Origin: Octopus vulgaris
Taxonomy: Eukaryota
DNA length: 64,000 nt
Assembly (NCBI GenBank): GCA_951406725.2
Contig: OX597832.1
Coordinates: 52,576,001-52,640,000 of the forward strand
Direction: 5' to 3'
Below the pieces are notes generated by a model that was not told the origin of the DNA, did no database searches, and was given only the letters and a program-made list of their open reading frames with translations. Numbering within the stretch: position 1 is the first letter of the stretch; the number at the start of each line of letters is the position of its first letter. Shown in pieces: positions 14,301-27,774 of this stretch. A program made the translations under genes and the position numbers.

Positions 14301-14430
14301 TCTCATTAAATTCGTAGAGTTTTATGGTTAAGGAAAGAAAAGCAGTAATGCCTGCAACTGATGAAAATATGATAAAAATTTGGTTCAATACAGAAATATT
14401 TGCTCTATGATGATAAATGAAAAGTGTCAT
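11380..14430 (+). pseudogene. Fossil hAT transposase (KIAA1586/ZNF862-like), interrupted by SINEs
   Basis: Frameshifted peptides FVELKRQDAETIY, NLIAFCSDGAS (catalytic DGA motif) and H-x-L-x-H-x-LQ at about 11430-11700. Near 14160-14250, an NTI...AE.KRGFS..MNII-like hAT dimerisation motif. Confidence 0.5.
12685..13265. mobile_element. Family A SINEs: + strand head (12685-12842) next to a - strand copy (12865-13265)
   Basis: Same consensus in opposite orientations. Confidence 0.8.
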
Positions 14431-14673
14431 CATATAGAAATGCCATTGTTAAGTGTTTATTTGACTTTTCCCTTTTGGCTGTATATTGTGGTTCCACTTA
14501 CAAAAAAATAATTTCAGAATATAGAAGGAAAAAAACAAAATCAGAAAGAGATTCTTAATATCACACACGAAGAATTTAGGATGGTAAAAGTTCCAAAATA
14601 TTTTGAATTGCAACTCTACACATGTGTGTGCATATAATATGTATATGTATATATGTTTATGTGTGTATACATG

Positions 14674-14707
<34 letters not shown>

Positions 14708-14791
14708 GATAAATATGCTGTCTAAAGATAGCTTAGCTGGCCCAAACTTTGATGTCACTGTCAACAACATTCTTGTATAAGAATAAGTAAT

Positions 14792-15100
14792 TTCGTTTTT
14801 GGATTTGGTTTGCAAGATTCTTTATATGAGTTCGTGTGTTGAAGCATATTCTGTTGTGCCTGGGGAGAGTCATTTTCTTTTTGTGCCTTATAATTTAACA
14901 CACTCACCGGTAAGATTTCCACTTATTTCTTATTTTTATTTTCCTAAAATTTTCGTTGCGTCAAGACTCTTGAAAAGGTTGCAAGATGCTACGAAAATTT
15001 TAGGAAAATAAAAATAAGAAATAAGTGGAAATTTTACTAGTGAGTGTGTTAAATTATAAGGCGCAAAAAGAAAATGACTCTCCCCAGACACAACAGAATA
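14792..15100. repeat. Fold-back of a dispersed repeat (possible Penelope-like terminal remnant)
   Basis: About 110-bp inverted arms at 14847-14956 and 14991-15100. Single copy at 60528-60724; distant relative at about 51345-51460. Confidence 0.7.
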
Positions 15101-15283
15101 AGAAATTTGTACTCTACAAAAATATGGAGTAACCCATCAGATTAATGTAAAATTGTTTTTTATTTCTATCATAACTGAACATAAAAACAAACATTTATAT
15201 ATATATATATATAAATCCACATCATCATTTAATATCCATATTCCATGCTGGCTAGGGTTGGATGGTTTGACAGGATCCAATAC

Positions 15284-15686
15284 GGTGAGCTAGCTGAAGC
15301 ATTAGCACGCCAGGCGAAATGCTTTGCGGTATTTCGCCTGCCGTTACGTTCTGAGTTCAAATTCCGCTGAGGTCGACTTTGCCTTTCATCCTTTCGGGGT
15401 TGATGAATTAAGTACCAGTTATGCACTGGGATCGATGTAATCGACTTAATCCCTTTGTTTGTCCCCTCTATGTTTAGCCCCTTGTGGGTAGTAAAGAAAT
15501 AGGTATTTCATCTGTTTTTATGTTCTGAGTTCAAATTCCGCCGAGGTCGACTTCGCCTTTCATCTTTTCGGGGTCGATGAATTAAGTACCAGTTACACAC
15601 TGGGGTCGATGTGATCGACTTAATCCCTTTGTCTGTCCTTGTTTGTCCCCTCTATGTTTAGCCCCTTGTGGACAATATAGAAATAA
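15284..15686 (+). mobile_element. Family B SINE dimer (head plus two bodies)
   Basis: GGTGAGCTAGC...TCTGAGTTCAAATTCC...GCCTTTCATCCTTTCGGGGTCGAT..AAGTACCAG. The central block resembles the Meta/Sauria-SINE-type conserved domain (from memory). Confidence 0.8.
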
Positions 15687-15869
15687 GGACAGCATTATGC
15701 TTTGCTCCAGTGTCTGCTTTGACATGGTTTCTATCGCTTGGTGCCCTTCCTAATGTAAATCAATTTACCTCATATACTGGATGCTTTTTTCTTTGATGCC
15801 ACCAGCACTAGTGAGTTCACCATACAGTTTGCAAGACCACGATCCCCAAAGAGGTATCACTTTATGCTC

Positions 15870-16190
15870 CAAGAATAGCCTGGGTTCTCCATCGGTTAGA
15901 ACAACGAGTGTTCTAATTGATACGCTCAAGCAAACAGCCTGCTCATGAAATTAATGTGCAAGTGGCTGAGCACTCCACAGACACGAAGGCCCTTAAAGTA
16001 ATTCACAGAATGTGACAAGGCTGGCCCTTTGAATTACAGGCACAGCTCATTTTAGCTAGCTGAGTGGAATGGATCATTAAGAAATAAAGTGTTTTGCCCA
16101 AGGACACAATGTGCTGTTGGGGGAATTGAACTCCTGATTTTTTTATTGTAAGCCAAATACCTTAGCCATTAAGCCATGCAGCTTCACTCA
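15870..16190 (-). mobile_element. Older tRNA-derived SINE
   Basis: Minus-strand head with A and B boxes, TGTGTCCTTGGGCAAAACAC core; related to 34022-34765. Confidence 0.65.
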
Positions 16191-16851
16191 AAGATTAAGG
16201 TATAGAGAAGGGTAAAGAATGAGAAGAAAATAACTGGAGCAAAACAGGATGACTACTCCCAGTTTAGAAAAGAGGGAGGGGAGTAATTGGGTGGAGCAGG
16301 AAAGGGATTAAAAATGGTGATGATGAGGTGTCTGAGTGCACCTTCGAGATATGAATTTGGGAATGGAGTGAGTGAGGCAGAGGTGCCAAGAGTGAGTGAG
16401 TGAGTGAGGGAGTAAGGGATGTCTGATAGTGTGGTGTAACAGAATGAAAATTATGATAACAGGAGAAGGAAGGATGAAAGGGAGGTAATATGTTGTTGGG
16501 TAAGTTGCAGCTGTTGATGGGAAAGAGAGAAAGAGAGAGAGGCAAGTGCTGTATATGAGGAGGGTGAGAGGTATGGTGACTGGGTGGGGTGTGTGGGGAC
16601 GGTGGGATGGGTGAGAGATGTAATTTGCTGGCACAAAGGGGGTGGGTGATCAATGAAAGTAGTACGGGTGGAGAGAACAGTATTAATGAATGAAGGATGG
16701 ATAACGAGAGAGAAGTGGTTCTGGGTAGTAAGAAAAATGGTATCAGAGTTAAGGTGGTGGTAGTGGTGGTGGTGGTGGTAGGTGCCTTAAAGAGGAAAGA
16801 AGTTGTGTGAAGAGGCCAGTTGACGTACATGTGTGCGTGTGTGTGTGTATC

Positions 16852-17045
16852 CTTTTACACGTTTCAGTCATTTGACTGCGGCCAGGCTGGAGCATCACCT
16901 TTAGTCAAAGAAATCGACCCCAGAACTTTATTGTAAGCTTAGTATGTATTCTATCAGTTTCTTTTGCCGAACCACTAAACACACCAATATCGCTTGTCAA
17001 GCAGTGGGGGCGGGGGGTCAAACACAAAGATATACACACACACAC

Positions 17046-17089
<44 letters not shown>

Positions 17090-17220
17090 GACGGGCTTCT
17101 TTCATTTTCTGTCTACCAAATCCACTCACAAGGTTTTGGTTGGCCTGACACTTGCCTAAGGTGCCATGCAGTGGGACTGAACCCAGAAACATGTGGTTAG
17201 GAAGCTAGTCACACCTGCAT
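16852..17220 (-). mobile_element. Family A SINE
   Basis: Matches the family A consensus with internal deletions. Confidence 0.8.
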
Positions 17221-17809
17221 CTATATATATATGTATATATATATTATGCTAGCATAGAAAGCAGACGTTAAACGATGATGATGTATATACATATATATAT
17301 ACACATATATATGTATATACACACACACACTCACACACACACATACATGTTTGGTGATGCAAAAAGGAAAAACAGAACTCAAAATATGAGTGTATATTTT
17401 TATTAATATTTAGCGGAAGCCACAGAGTGTCTCAAAAACCGAAGTCTTGCATGCTGACACTAACCAGACACACAAAACTCTTGGACCTTGAGTCACCTTG
17501 TTGCTTCCGCTAAATATTAATAAAAATATATATGTATTATATATAAATATACAATAATAGCAAACAGATGGAGGTGCCTAAATTGTTAATAAAACATAAA
17601 CTAATGTATGTGTATGTATATATATACACACACACGAGTTATATATATACACACACACACACACATTAGTTATATATCTATATATATATATATACATACA
17701 TATAAGAGGGATGACCACTACGTGGACAACCCTTATGCTAGAAGTAGACATGCTATGATCTTACCACTAAGAAAGGAATGTTCTCAAGAAAATTTAGCAA
17801 ACACCAGAA

Positions 17810-17916
17810 CATATATATATATACATATATACATATATATATATATATACATATATACATATATATATATATATACACACATATATACACATATACATAT
17901 ATATACATATATATAC

Positions 17917-17947
<31 letters not shown>

Positions 17948-18018
17948 CATATATATATACATATATATATACATATATATATACATACATATATATATAT
18001 ACATATATATATATATAC

Positions 18019-18049
<31 letters not shown>

Positions 18050-18100
18050 CACATATATATATACATATATATACATATATATATATATACATATATATAC

Positions 18101-18135
<35 letters not shown>

Positions 18136-18163
18136 CACATATATATACATATATATATATAAC

Positions 18164-18198
<35 letters not shown>

Positions 18199-18218
18199 CA
18201 TATACATAAATATATATA

Positions 18219-18254
<36 letters not shown>
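17810..18254. repeat. (TA)n/(TATACA)n/(CA)n compound microsatellite
   Basis: Directly visible; similar tracts at 8160-8770, 20705-21135, 33300-33680 and 46750-46915. Confidence 0.95.
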
Positions 18255-18709
18255 TTACCAAAAGGTCTGAGCTCAGTAAATGGTTCCACCCTTCACTCCT
18301 GTACTCTACACACTTTGACAAATTCTATCATTTTTCCAGTTATGCTTGTTGAGCAGTGAGTGTGGGCTGTGGATGTGCATGTGCGTAGGCACACTTGCTG
18401 CTGAGTCTACACTCACTTCCTCCCTCCCAATTTCACAGCCTCCCAACCCTTGTCGTTCACTTTCCTGTCAACCAACCCTTTTCCGTTCATGCCACAAACT
18501 GCTATGGAACAACCCACCCACTTCGCATTTCTCCACCATTCACATCATTCAACCTCTCCTGCCCATCCATACATCTGTGTACAAGGGACCACTCTGGACC
18601 TTTTGTGCCCAGTTCACTTTAACCCTCACTGTCTCCCTTTAAGCTGCTAATCATTTACCTGCCTGTAATTATACTTTTACTCCCATATGTGTGTATGTAT
18701 ATATATATG

Positions 18710-18762
<53 letters not shown>

Positions 18763-19037
18763 AAATTTGAGATAAAACCACTATTAGGCAAATCAAACAG
18801 TGAAAAACATAAACCAAAACATAAAAATAAAAATAATTAATATAATATACAAAATATATAAAATTTAAAAATTTAAATTATTTAGATTTAAAATTAAAAT
18901 TATTAATTTATTTTTATAAATTTTTATATTTTTTATATAAATTTTTATATATATATTTTTTTTTATATATATTTTTTTAAATATATATAACTATCAAAAA
19001 GTATTAAGAAGTTTAATAAAGATAAAAAGTATCTTAC

Positions 19038-19087
<50 letters not shown>

Positions 19088-19354
19088 ATAAGATTGTTAT
19101 TTAAATATCGAACTTATCAAGTGGCCAGCATGGGAATAAGAACCTTCAAAGGTAATAATTATTATTAAAATTATAATTTAGGGTATCTAAGAGGTACCAC
19201 CACGCTTGAAATAGCAGCCAAAATTTGACTCTAAAACCACATTAAAAGTTCATACAGCACCAGAAGAGAAAGACAAAAAACAAAATAAACTAGCAAAAAA
19301 AGTTTATTTTGCTTGTTTATTTGTCCTTTTGTATCTCTTAGATACCCTAAATTA

Positions 19355-19386
<32 letters not shown>

Positions 19387-19719
19387 GATAGATGTATATG
19401 GTTGCGGCACCTGTGCGGGTGGCATGTAAAAAGCACCCACTACACTCTCGGAGACCGATAGAATAAGTAGAGTAGAAATAAATATTACCTTACTCAGAAA
19501 CAGGTGAGGGTTGGTGACAGGAAAGGCATCTGTCTATAGAAAATCTACCTCAACAAATTCCATCTTACTCATGGAAGTATGGAAAAATAGATGTTAAAAT
19601 AATGATGATGTTGTGTGATGTTACAAAGCTAAATTATGTGTGTTCGCACCAAACTTAAAATGGCATTCTGGTTGTTTCTAATTCTTTGCCCTCATATTTA
19701 TTTTCTGTGTTGTTCCAAT

Positions 19720-19931
19720 CATTGGTCTATGGCCATACTGGAGCACTGCTTTGAAGGTCTTTTTGTTTTGTTTTGTTTTTTGTCAAACAAATTGACCTCT
19801 GTACTTACCTTTTTAAGCCTGGTACTTAATGTATCAGTCTTTTATGCTGGACCACTAAGTAATGGGGGATGTAAACAAATCAACACTGGTTGATAAGCTG
19901 TGGTGGTACATACACACATACCCACAAACGA

Positions 19932-19978
<47 letters not shown>

Positions 19979-20450
19979 AGCTTTCTTTCAGATTCAATCT
20001 ACCAAATCCACTCACAGCTCATCGGTCAGCCCATGGCTATAGTAGAAGAACCTTACCAAAGCCTTGTGTGTGGATTTGTTAGACGGAAAATGAAAGAAGC
20101 CTGTCATATATATATATGTATGTATATATATATGTGTGTGTGTGTGTGTATATGTTTGTGTGTCTGTGTTTGTCCCCGCCAACATTGCTTGACAACCGAT
20201 GCTGGTGTGTTTACGTCCCTGTAACTTAGCGGTTCGGCATAAGAGACTGATAGAATAAGTACTAGGCTTACTAGGCTTACAAAGAATAAGTCCTGGGATC
20301 GATTTGCTCGACTAAAGGTGGTGCTCCAGCATGGCCGCAGTCAATGGACTGAAACAAATAAAAGAGTAAAGTGTAAAGGTGTTAAGCAAGTGAGATTGAA
20401 CCCAGAGCCATGCAGTTGAAAAGCAAGCTTCTTACCACACATCCACACCA
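19720..20450. mobile_element. Nested family A SINEs (- copy interrupted by a + copy at about 20055-20370)
   Basis: The minus copy breaks after ATAGTAGAAGA and resumes at about 20393 (TGAACCCAGAGCCATG). Confidence 0.7.
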
Positions 20451-20766
20451 GAGCTTGTTTTAACTGTTAGCTTAGTTTGAAGTGTTTGAGTCACAAGAAT
20501 TTGTTCTGAAATCCTTTTGCTGCATTTACTGACAAATATTTGGTGTCCAAAGAACCAATGGAATTAGCAGAAGTAAAGATTCTTTCCTAAAGCAATAAAA
20601 TCTTTAAAATAAGGCTATTTTCTTCTCCAGTTTCATTTGTATTCATTTGTATTGAGTCCTTCCTTGATTCTTGTCCCCATGATATCCATTTCAAAAATTT
20701 TCACTTATATATGTATGTTAGGGTGTGTATAAAAATATATAAATGTGTATATATTTATATATATAT

Positions 20767-20838
<72 letters not shown>

Positions 20839-20902
20839 TGTGTGTGTGTGTATATATGTGTGTGTGTATATGTGTGTATATGTGTATTCGTGTATATGTG
20901 TG

Positions 20903-20948
<46 letters not shown>

Positions 20949-21062
20949 TTTTCAGAATGAGATAAAAATCCAAGGCTGTGAAAGATTTTAGAACATTTGT
21001 AAACATTTATAATATGTATGCATGTGTATGTATATACACACACACACACATACATATATACA

Positions 21063-21127
<65 letters not shown>

Positions 21128-21647
21128 GTGTGTGTGTACAAATACATCACTAAACTTTGTTGTGGCTACTCTCATCTCTTTATTCCACTTATTTTGTTTA
21201 TAAAGTAGTTTTTTTTTTTAAATTTCTCCTAAATCATGAAATATCATACTTTTATTTTTATTTCACATAAATTCCTTTCAATTAAACACAAATTTAAATC
21301 TTGAAATTGCTGTAAAGTAAATGAAGTCAAGTTTTGTTTATGGCTGTTAGTTTTTGTATTAGAGCCTTGTAGACGGAGGGATAAATGGAAATATCATAAT
21401 TGAGATGATGTTTAATAGGGTTGTTGCTATTTCATTACCCTAATTAATCGTATGCCTAGGAAGTCTAATTAATTTTGGGGACTTGTAATATTTTTCAATT
21501 TTTCTAGGGATCATATATATTTATCAAACATTCCTGTCTCACTTTGGGGAAAACATAAATAAGAATAAAAAATAAATATAAAAATGTGTTTACAATGTGT
21601 TTTTATGATCCCAAGAAAAATAATAGAGGACACATGCATTTATCATC

Positions 21648-21649
<2 letters not shown>

Positions 21650-21689
<40 letters not shown>

Positions 21690-22143
21690 TTAGTCATCTT
21701 ATCAGTATTTGTCAGTCTGTGCTACTTTCTGCTGCCTTCGCCTCACTCTCGCTCTCTCTCTCTCTCTTACCATTAGGAAGGAAAGGGATTACAAGCAGCC
21801 GACATTTGCAAGGGGAGTTCTAGGTTCAGTTTAATAGTGAGAAATATCGATTTTCTGGGCATGATTCATTCATTCCTTTACTATGATTAAACCCTTTTTT
21901 CTTTGGACTGACTGTCTGGTTGTTGTTGCCGGAGCTTCTGACAGACTCAGCTATCTTACAAGTGTTTCAACAGTTCCCTTCTAACATGCCTTTACATCAC
22001 TGCTGTCTGCTAATGCAACAGTCATCTACTTTCGTCACTGCTTCATTTCACAACGTGCTCTTCTCTTAGTCGTGTGTTACAGTTGCAGATTTCTGAAAAT
22101 ATTTCACTTTAATTTCAAAAGAAATCTTCTATTTTGACAAACC
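21650..22143 (+). promoter_or_regulatory. Putative promoter / 5' UTR of the kazrin transcript
   Basis: (CA)n and (CT)n tracts, then a SINE-free unique island containing an Inr-like TTCAGTT near 21825 that leads to the candidate ATG. Inferred from position only. Confidence 0.35.
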
Positions 22144-22159
22144 ATGGCTTTAGCTGACG
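22144..22159 (+). CDS. KAZN: Kazrin homologue, putative first coding exon (MALAD+G)
   Basis: ACCATGG Kozak-like start, ATG GCT TTA GCT GAC G, then GTATGA donor. Phase 1 joins in frame to the acceptor at 28114 (G+CT=Ala). Preceded by about 300 bp of unique UTR-like sequence. Too short for homology support. Confidence 0.65.
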
Positions 22160-22779
22160 GTATGACTTTTTCTTCTATAATTATTTACTCTGTTGCTTTA
22201 TATGATGTTTCATCTCTTATTTTTAATTTTTTTCTATGATTTTCAATTTCAGATAAAAATCAAATATTTGAGTTAAAAACTGAAATGTTTAATGAATGAA
22301 AAAATAAATGTTATATTACAAAGTATATATTTATAAATTTCATTTCAGCAGTATAAAATACACAGATTTATTTAATTCTTATATAGATATACATTTTCAA
22401 AATGTTTTTCTTAAAACGAGTTCATAAAAAATTTTACTCATTGAGTTCTGTTGTTATAGAAAAGAAAATATTTGTATAAATGGTACAGAAAATATAAATC
22501 GTTTTTTAGTTTATTTCTTTAAATAATGAATAACCCCAGGCTCATTGCCAGATTTTGGTGCCTGGGGCTGCTTCAGAATATTCTGGGAAGGCATTTATTT
22601 TTGTAAACTGTATTTTTGTGAACTGCATTTACTACAAAATGAACTGCATTTACTACCATTGAATATGAGGGGATAGTGCTGCTCCAGTGCACCCCCTTAG
22701 AAACGGGTATGAATAACCCTCATGTTTACATTTACTTTTACTAATGGGAGGTGGGCATGTTCTATTTAAGCAGACAGTT

Positions 22780-23506
22780 TTAACCCTTTCATTACCAACC
22801 CGGCTAAAACTGGCTCTGGCTCTGAGTACAAATGTCATGTTTTCATAAGTTTTGAATTAAAATCTTCCACCTAACCTCAGTCGCAATATATGTTCCTAAC
22901 ACTAGCTGAATGATAACTAAATTATTTTACTAAATTCTTTCTTATATTTAAAGTAATTGAAAGAAACACAGAGCATCTCAACAGAAATACGGTAACAAAA
23001 TGGTTAAAATATATAATAGAGAAACAATTCTTAACCCTTTCATTACCAACCTGGCTAAAACCGGCTCTGGCTCTGAGTACAAATGTCATGTTTTCATAAG
23101 TTTTGAATTTAAATCTTCCACCAAATCTTAGTCACAATTTATGTTCCTAACACTAGCTGAATGATAGCTAAGTTATTTTACTAAATTCTTTCTTATATTT
23201 AAAGTAATTGAAAGAAACACAGAGCATCTCAACAGAAATATGGTAACAAAATGGTTAGAATATATAATAGAGAAACAATTCTTAACCCTTTCATTATCAA
23301 CCTGTCTAAAACCGGCTCTGGCTCCTGAGTACAAATGTCATGTTTTCATAAGTTTTGAATTAAAATCTTCCACCAAACCTTAGTCACAATTTATGCTCCT
23401 AACACTAGCTGAATGATAACTAAGTTAATTTACTAAATTCTTTCTTATATTTAAATTGAAAGAAATACAGAGCATCTCAAAATAAATGCAGTAACGAAAG
23501 GGTTAA
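22780..23506 (+). mobile_element. Three tandem copies (251-bp period) of a piggyBac-like TTAA MITE
   Basis: Each unit starts TTAA|CCCTTTCATTA (22780, 23031, 23282) and ends in GTAACRAAAKGG|TTAA-like termini. A 23-bp spacer AATATATAATAGAGAAACAATTC separates the copies. Confidence 0.8.
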
Positions 23507-23750
23507 AGGCATGTAATTTGAAATAGGAATAGGCAGATACTTCATTCAATATAGGAGCTCCTTTCTCATACTATTATAATCATTATTCATTTGGTAATAC
23601 TAAACAGAAAAATAAAGTTTTGGGTCCTCTATTATGATTCCATACTAAAACTCATACTATATTTTCCATTTATAAATTCATCTTTTCTGAAAAATTTTCT
23701 ATTTTCATTTACAATTTACTTTTTATTTTCAACAATAACCTTACAAAAAG

Positions 23751-24410
23751 CAGTGAGCTGGCAGAATTGTTAACATGCCTGTCAAAATATTTAGTAGCAT
23801 TTCATCTGTCTATGCATTCTGAGTTCAAATTCCACTGAGGTCGACTTTGCCTTTCATCCTTTCAGGGTTGATAAAATAAGTACTAGTTGAGATATAGGGC
23901 CGATGTAATTGACTTACCCACTCTCCTGAAATTGCTGGCCTTGTGCCAAAATTTGAAACCAATATTAACCTTACATAAGGTGGCAAACTGGTGAAATTGT
24001 TAGCATGCTGGGCAAAATGCTTAGCAGCATTTCATCCATCTAAGGTGGTGACCTGGCAGAACCATTAGCACACAAAATGCTTAGTGGTATTTCGTCTGTC
24101 TATGTTCTGAATTAAAATTCCACCTCTCATCCTTTCAGGGTCAATAAATTAAGTACCAGCTGCATGCTGGGGTCAATGTAATTGACTCACCTCCTACCCT
24201 GAAATTTCAGGCCTTGTGCCTATAGTAGTAAAAAACAAAAAAATGATTTCATCCATCTTTATGTTCTGAGTTCAAATTCCACCAAGGTCACTTTTACTTT
24301 CCATCCTTTCGGAGTTCATAAAATAAGTACCAGTTGAACACTGGGGTTGATGTAATCACCTTTCACCCTTCCCTGAAATTCTTGCCCTTATCCCAAAATT
24401 CAAGACCAAT
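23751..24410 (+). mobile_element. Cluster of older family B-related SINE copies
   Basis: Three degenerate copies of the GAGTTCAAATTCC...TTTCATCCTTTC...AAGTACCAG core, partly nested. Confidence 0.7.
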
Positions 24411-24996
24411 ATTAACTTCACAGTGATGATTCTGTTCATTTAAATATTTGTCTGAATTTCGAATTTCCCTTTTTAATTTCAAAAAATGAAACTGTTAACT
24501 GAGATCATTAAAATAATATAATGACTTTATGGTGTAATATAGAATAATATTATAATATAGTGACTAATGATAATTAAAATTCCAGTTTTACAGCAAACAC
24601 AATTATTTTTTTTTTTCTGTTTCCATTCTTCCATGAGTCGGTTGGGTCTTGCAAATCTGGGAATGTTTAACACTTTTCCTACCATTGTATTTTGTTGTTG
24701 TTGTTGTTGTTGTTTTATGAAGTCTCACATTTCTGTGGTTCAAGGTACATTATTTGAATTTTATGAACCGTGTAGAACACAGGTGTCAGAGAGGTATCAT
24801 TTCCATCTCTGAAGCACTGCCCACCTTTAAAAGAATTTTCATGGAAAAGAAATCATTAAGGCTTATAGAATATAATCAGAAATACAATCTGTAGAAAAAG
24901 TCATAAATAAAAGAAAAAAGTCCATAAATGAAGGACAATAACATTTATTTAAAATACTTTTCATCATATTTTATGATTATATATATATAATCTCCA

Positions 24997-25490
24997 GGTG
25001 CAGGAGTGGGTGTGTGGTAAGTAGCTTGCTTACCAACCACATGGTTCTGGGTTCATTCCAACTACATGCCACCTTGGGCAAGTGTCTTCTACTATAGCTT
25101 CGGGCCAACCAAAGCCTTGTGAGTGGATTTGGTTTACGGAAACTGAAAGAAACCCGTCGTATATATGTATATATATATATATATATAGAATGTAATAAAA
25201 GGAATTCTGTACAATCTTCGTTCAACTCCATTTCTTCCATTCAATAATAATATATATATATATATATAAAAACGATGATGATGATGATGATATATATGTA
25301 TGTGTTTGTGTGTCTGTGTTTATCCCCCCATCATCGCTTGATGACTGATGCTGGTGTGTTTACATCCCCGTAAGATAGTGGTTTGGCAAAAGAGATCGAT
25401 AGAATAAGTACTCGGCTTACAAATTTGCTCGACAAGGCAGTGCTCCAGCATGGCCACAGTCACGTGACTGAAACAAGTAAAAGAGTAAGA
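24997..25490 (+). mobile_element. Family A SINE
   Basis: Head to tail present; extra sequence inside the microsatellite. Confidence 0.8.
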
Positions 25491-25565
<75 letters not shown>

Positions 25566-25771
25566 TACATACTAGATAGATAGATAGATATTATATTATG
25601 TTATATTAGGAAAGACATTCTCCAGATTTGAATTTAATAATTATATATGTAATATATGTATATGATACATATATAATACAAAACCACTGATATAATGGAC
25701 ATTTTAACACTTTTTAACATGTGTATCACTGATGATTCCCACAGCACAGAATGATTAAAATATACATATAT

Positions 25772-25927
25772 ACGACGGGCTACTTTCAGTTTCTGTCTAC
25801 CAGATTCACTCACAAGTCTTTGGTTGGCCCAAGGCTATAGTAGAAGACACTTGCGCAAGGTGCCATGCAGTGGAACTGAAACCGGAACCATGTGGTTCGT
25901 AAGCAAGCTACTTACCACACAGCCACT
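25772..25927 (-). mobile_element. Family A SINE head
   Basis: Reverse complement of the family A 5' half. Confidence 0.8.
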
Positions 25928-26590
25928 CATATATAGTTAGCAGATGAGATCCAGAGATTCTCAGCATAGAAAACACTTAGCAGTGTTACCATACTGTATA
26001 TCAATTTGGTAGTTAATATAGTGAACAAGATCATATATGTGACTAAAAAGTTGGGGTTTTTTCTTTTAGATTCGTAATTAGATTCCAGGTACAAAATAGG
26101 ATTGGTTGATAAAGTAATTAATAAGTCGCTGAAAAGGAAACTAATTTTACTGCTGACTCTCCTTCTTTTTACTAAAAAAAAAAAAAACAGATTGAAGACT
26201 GTAGCAAGAGGTGTGAGAGTGTTTTCTAACTCCATATCAACACTGATTGCAAGTTGACCTAGAATCAATGGCGTTCCAATTATGCCCATCACATTTGTTT
26301 CCTTGGCACATTAGACTTATGACCAGTTTACCCACTGTGTCCTTCTGTACTAAAACATGAGGGAAATTTGGCTGTTATTTATAACTGTTTGTGAGACCAT
26401 GTAGAGCAGCCATTGTTCTCAAAGTGGCAAATGCCAGCAACCCTCCCCCCAAAAGTAATAAGGAAACTTTTGTCCCCCTCTTCCCACCTCTTTATTAATT
26501 AGAAAATAAAATTTGTATACATATAGCTTTTCTCTTTTTGTCATGGTGATAGAAAGTTTTAAAGGTCTGAAATCATCTTAACTGTATATA

Positions 26591-26981
26591 GGCATAGGAG
26601 TGGCTGTGTGGTAATTAGCTTGCTTACCAACCACATGGTTCCGGGTTCAGTCCCACTGTGTGGCACCTTGGGCAAGTGTCTTCTACTATAGCCTCAGGCC
26701 GACCAAAGCCTTGTGAGTGGATTTGGTAGCCCGTCGTATATATGTATATATGTATATATATATGTGTGTGTGTATATGTTTGTGTGTCTGTGTTTGTTCC
26801 CCCAACATCGCTTGACAACCGATTCTGGTGTGTTTACATCCCTGTAACTTAGGGGTTTGGCAAAAGAGACCGATAGAATAAGTACTAGGCTTACAAAGAA
26901 TAAGTCCTGGGGGCGATTTGCTTGACTAAAGGCACTGCTCCAGCATGGCCACAGTCAAATGACTGAAACAGGTAAAAGAGT
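26591..26981 (+). mobile_element. Family A SINE
   Basis: Full-length match to the consensus. Confidence 0.85.
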
Positions 26982-27491
26982 ATAAGGCAATTTGTCCAGC
27001 CATTTATTTTTTTTCATTCTTCATCATGTGGCCAGGCTCCTCTAATTAGATGGAGTTGGGCTCTGGTCCTCTTATGAAGAACACATGTAGAGTTCCCTTG
27101 TCACCTATATACATCTCATTTGGTTATACATAAGCAAATTGAAATATCACGCCTAAAAGCACACACTGCATCATATTCTGATCATCTTCCATCACTGACC
27201 CAAGGGTTACATTGTACAGACTTCTCTCCCTTGTTTGCTTATTCATTTATCTATTTATTTATTCGTTTTCATTTATTGCAGAGCTAATGGCAATCTATAA
27301 TCTATGTCGAAATTGAATTTTTCATCTGATTCATTTGAATGTGTTTCTTTTCAGTGTAAATATACAGCTAATGCATCTTTACATATATGTGAATGTGTGT
27401 GTGTATATGCATGTATACACACATTAGATAATGATCATAACAAAAAAGACAAAATAAGAGACAAGTTTGTGTGTATATGTATATATGTATG

Positions 27492-27531
<40 letters not shown>

Positions 27532-27576
27532 TACACACACACACACACACACATACACACACAAGAATTTGTCCCT

Positions 27577-27612
<36 letters not shown>

Positions 27613-27774
27613 CAAAGGGTAAAATTAATTAATTAAGAAGTAATCAATAATTTCACCAAGTAGAATTCGGCATGAAAAAAGGACCATTTCATGGTAAACT
27701 TAAGTAATACTAGATAATTAGGGTTCAGAAAAGATTTGCTTTACCACATTTTTTGCTGAACCCAAATTATCTAG

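Noticed and set aside
16264-16830. 188-aa minus-strand ORF
   Set aside because: Low-complexity purine/pyrimidine-skewed sequence giving an L/S/P/H-rich peptide, with no recognisable motif or splice support.
17608-18321. Long ORFs rich in YI/HT/CV/LS (here and at 5017, 8330, 20705, 33237, 37545, 40053)
   Set aside because: Translations of dinucleotide and tetranucleotide microsatellites that lack stop codons; not genes.
26624-26818. Recurrent small ORFs such as IVEDTCPRCHAVGLNPEPCGW and LARRAKCLAVFRL
   Set aside because: Incidental translations of non-coding SINE families A and B.
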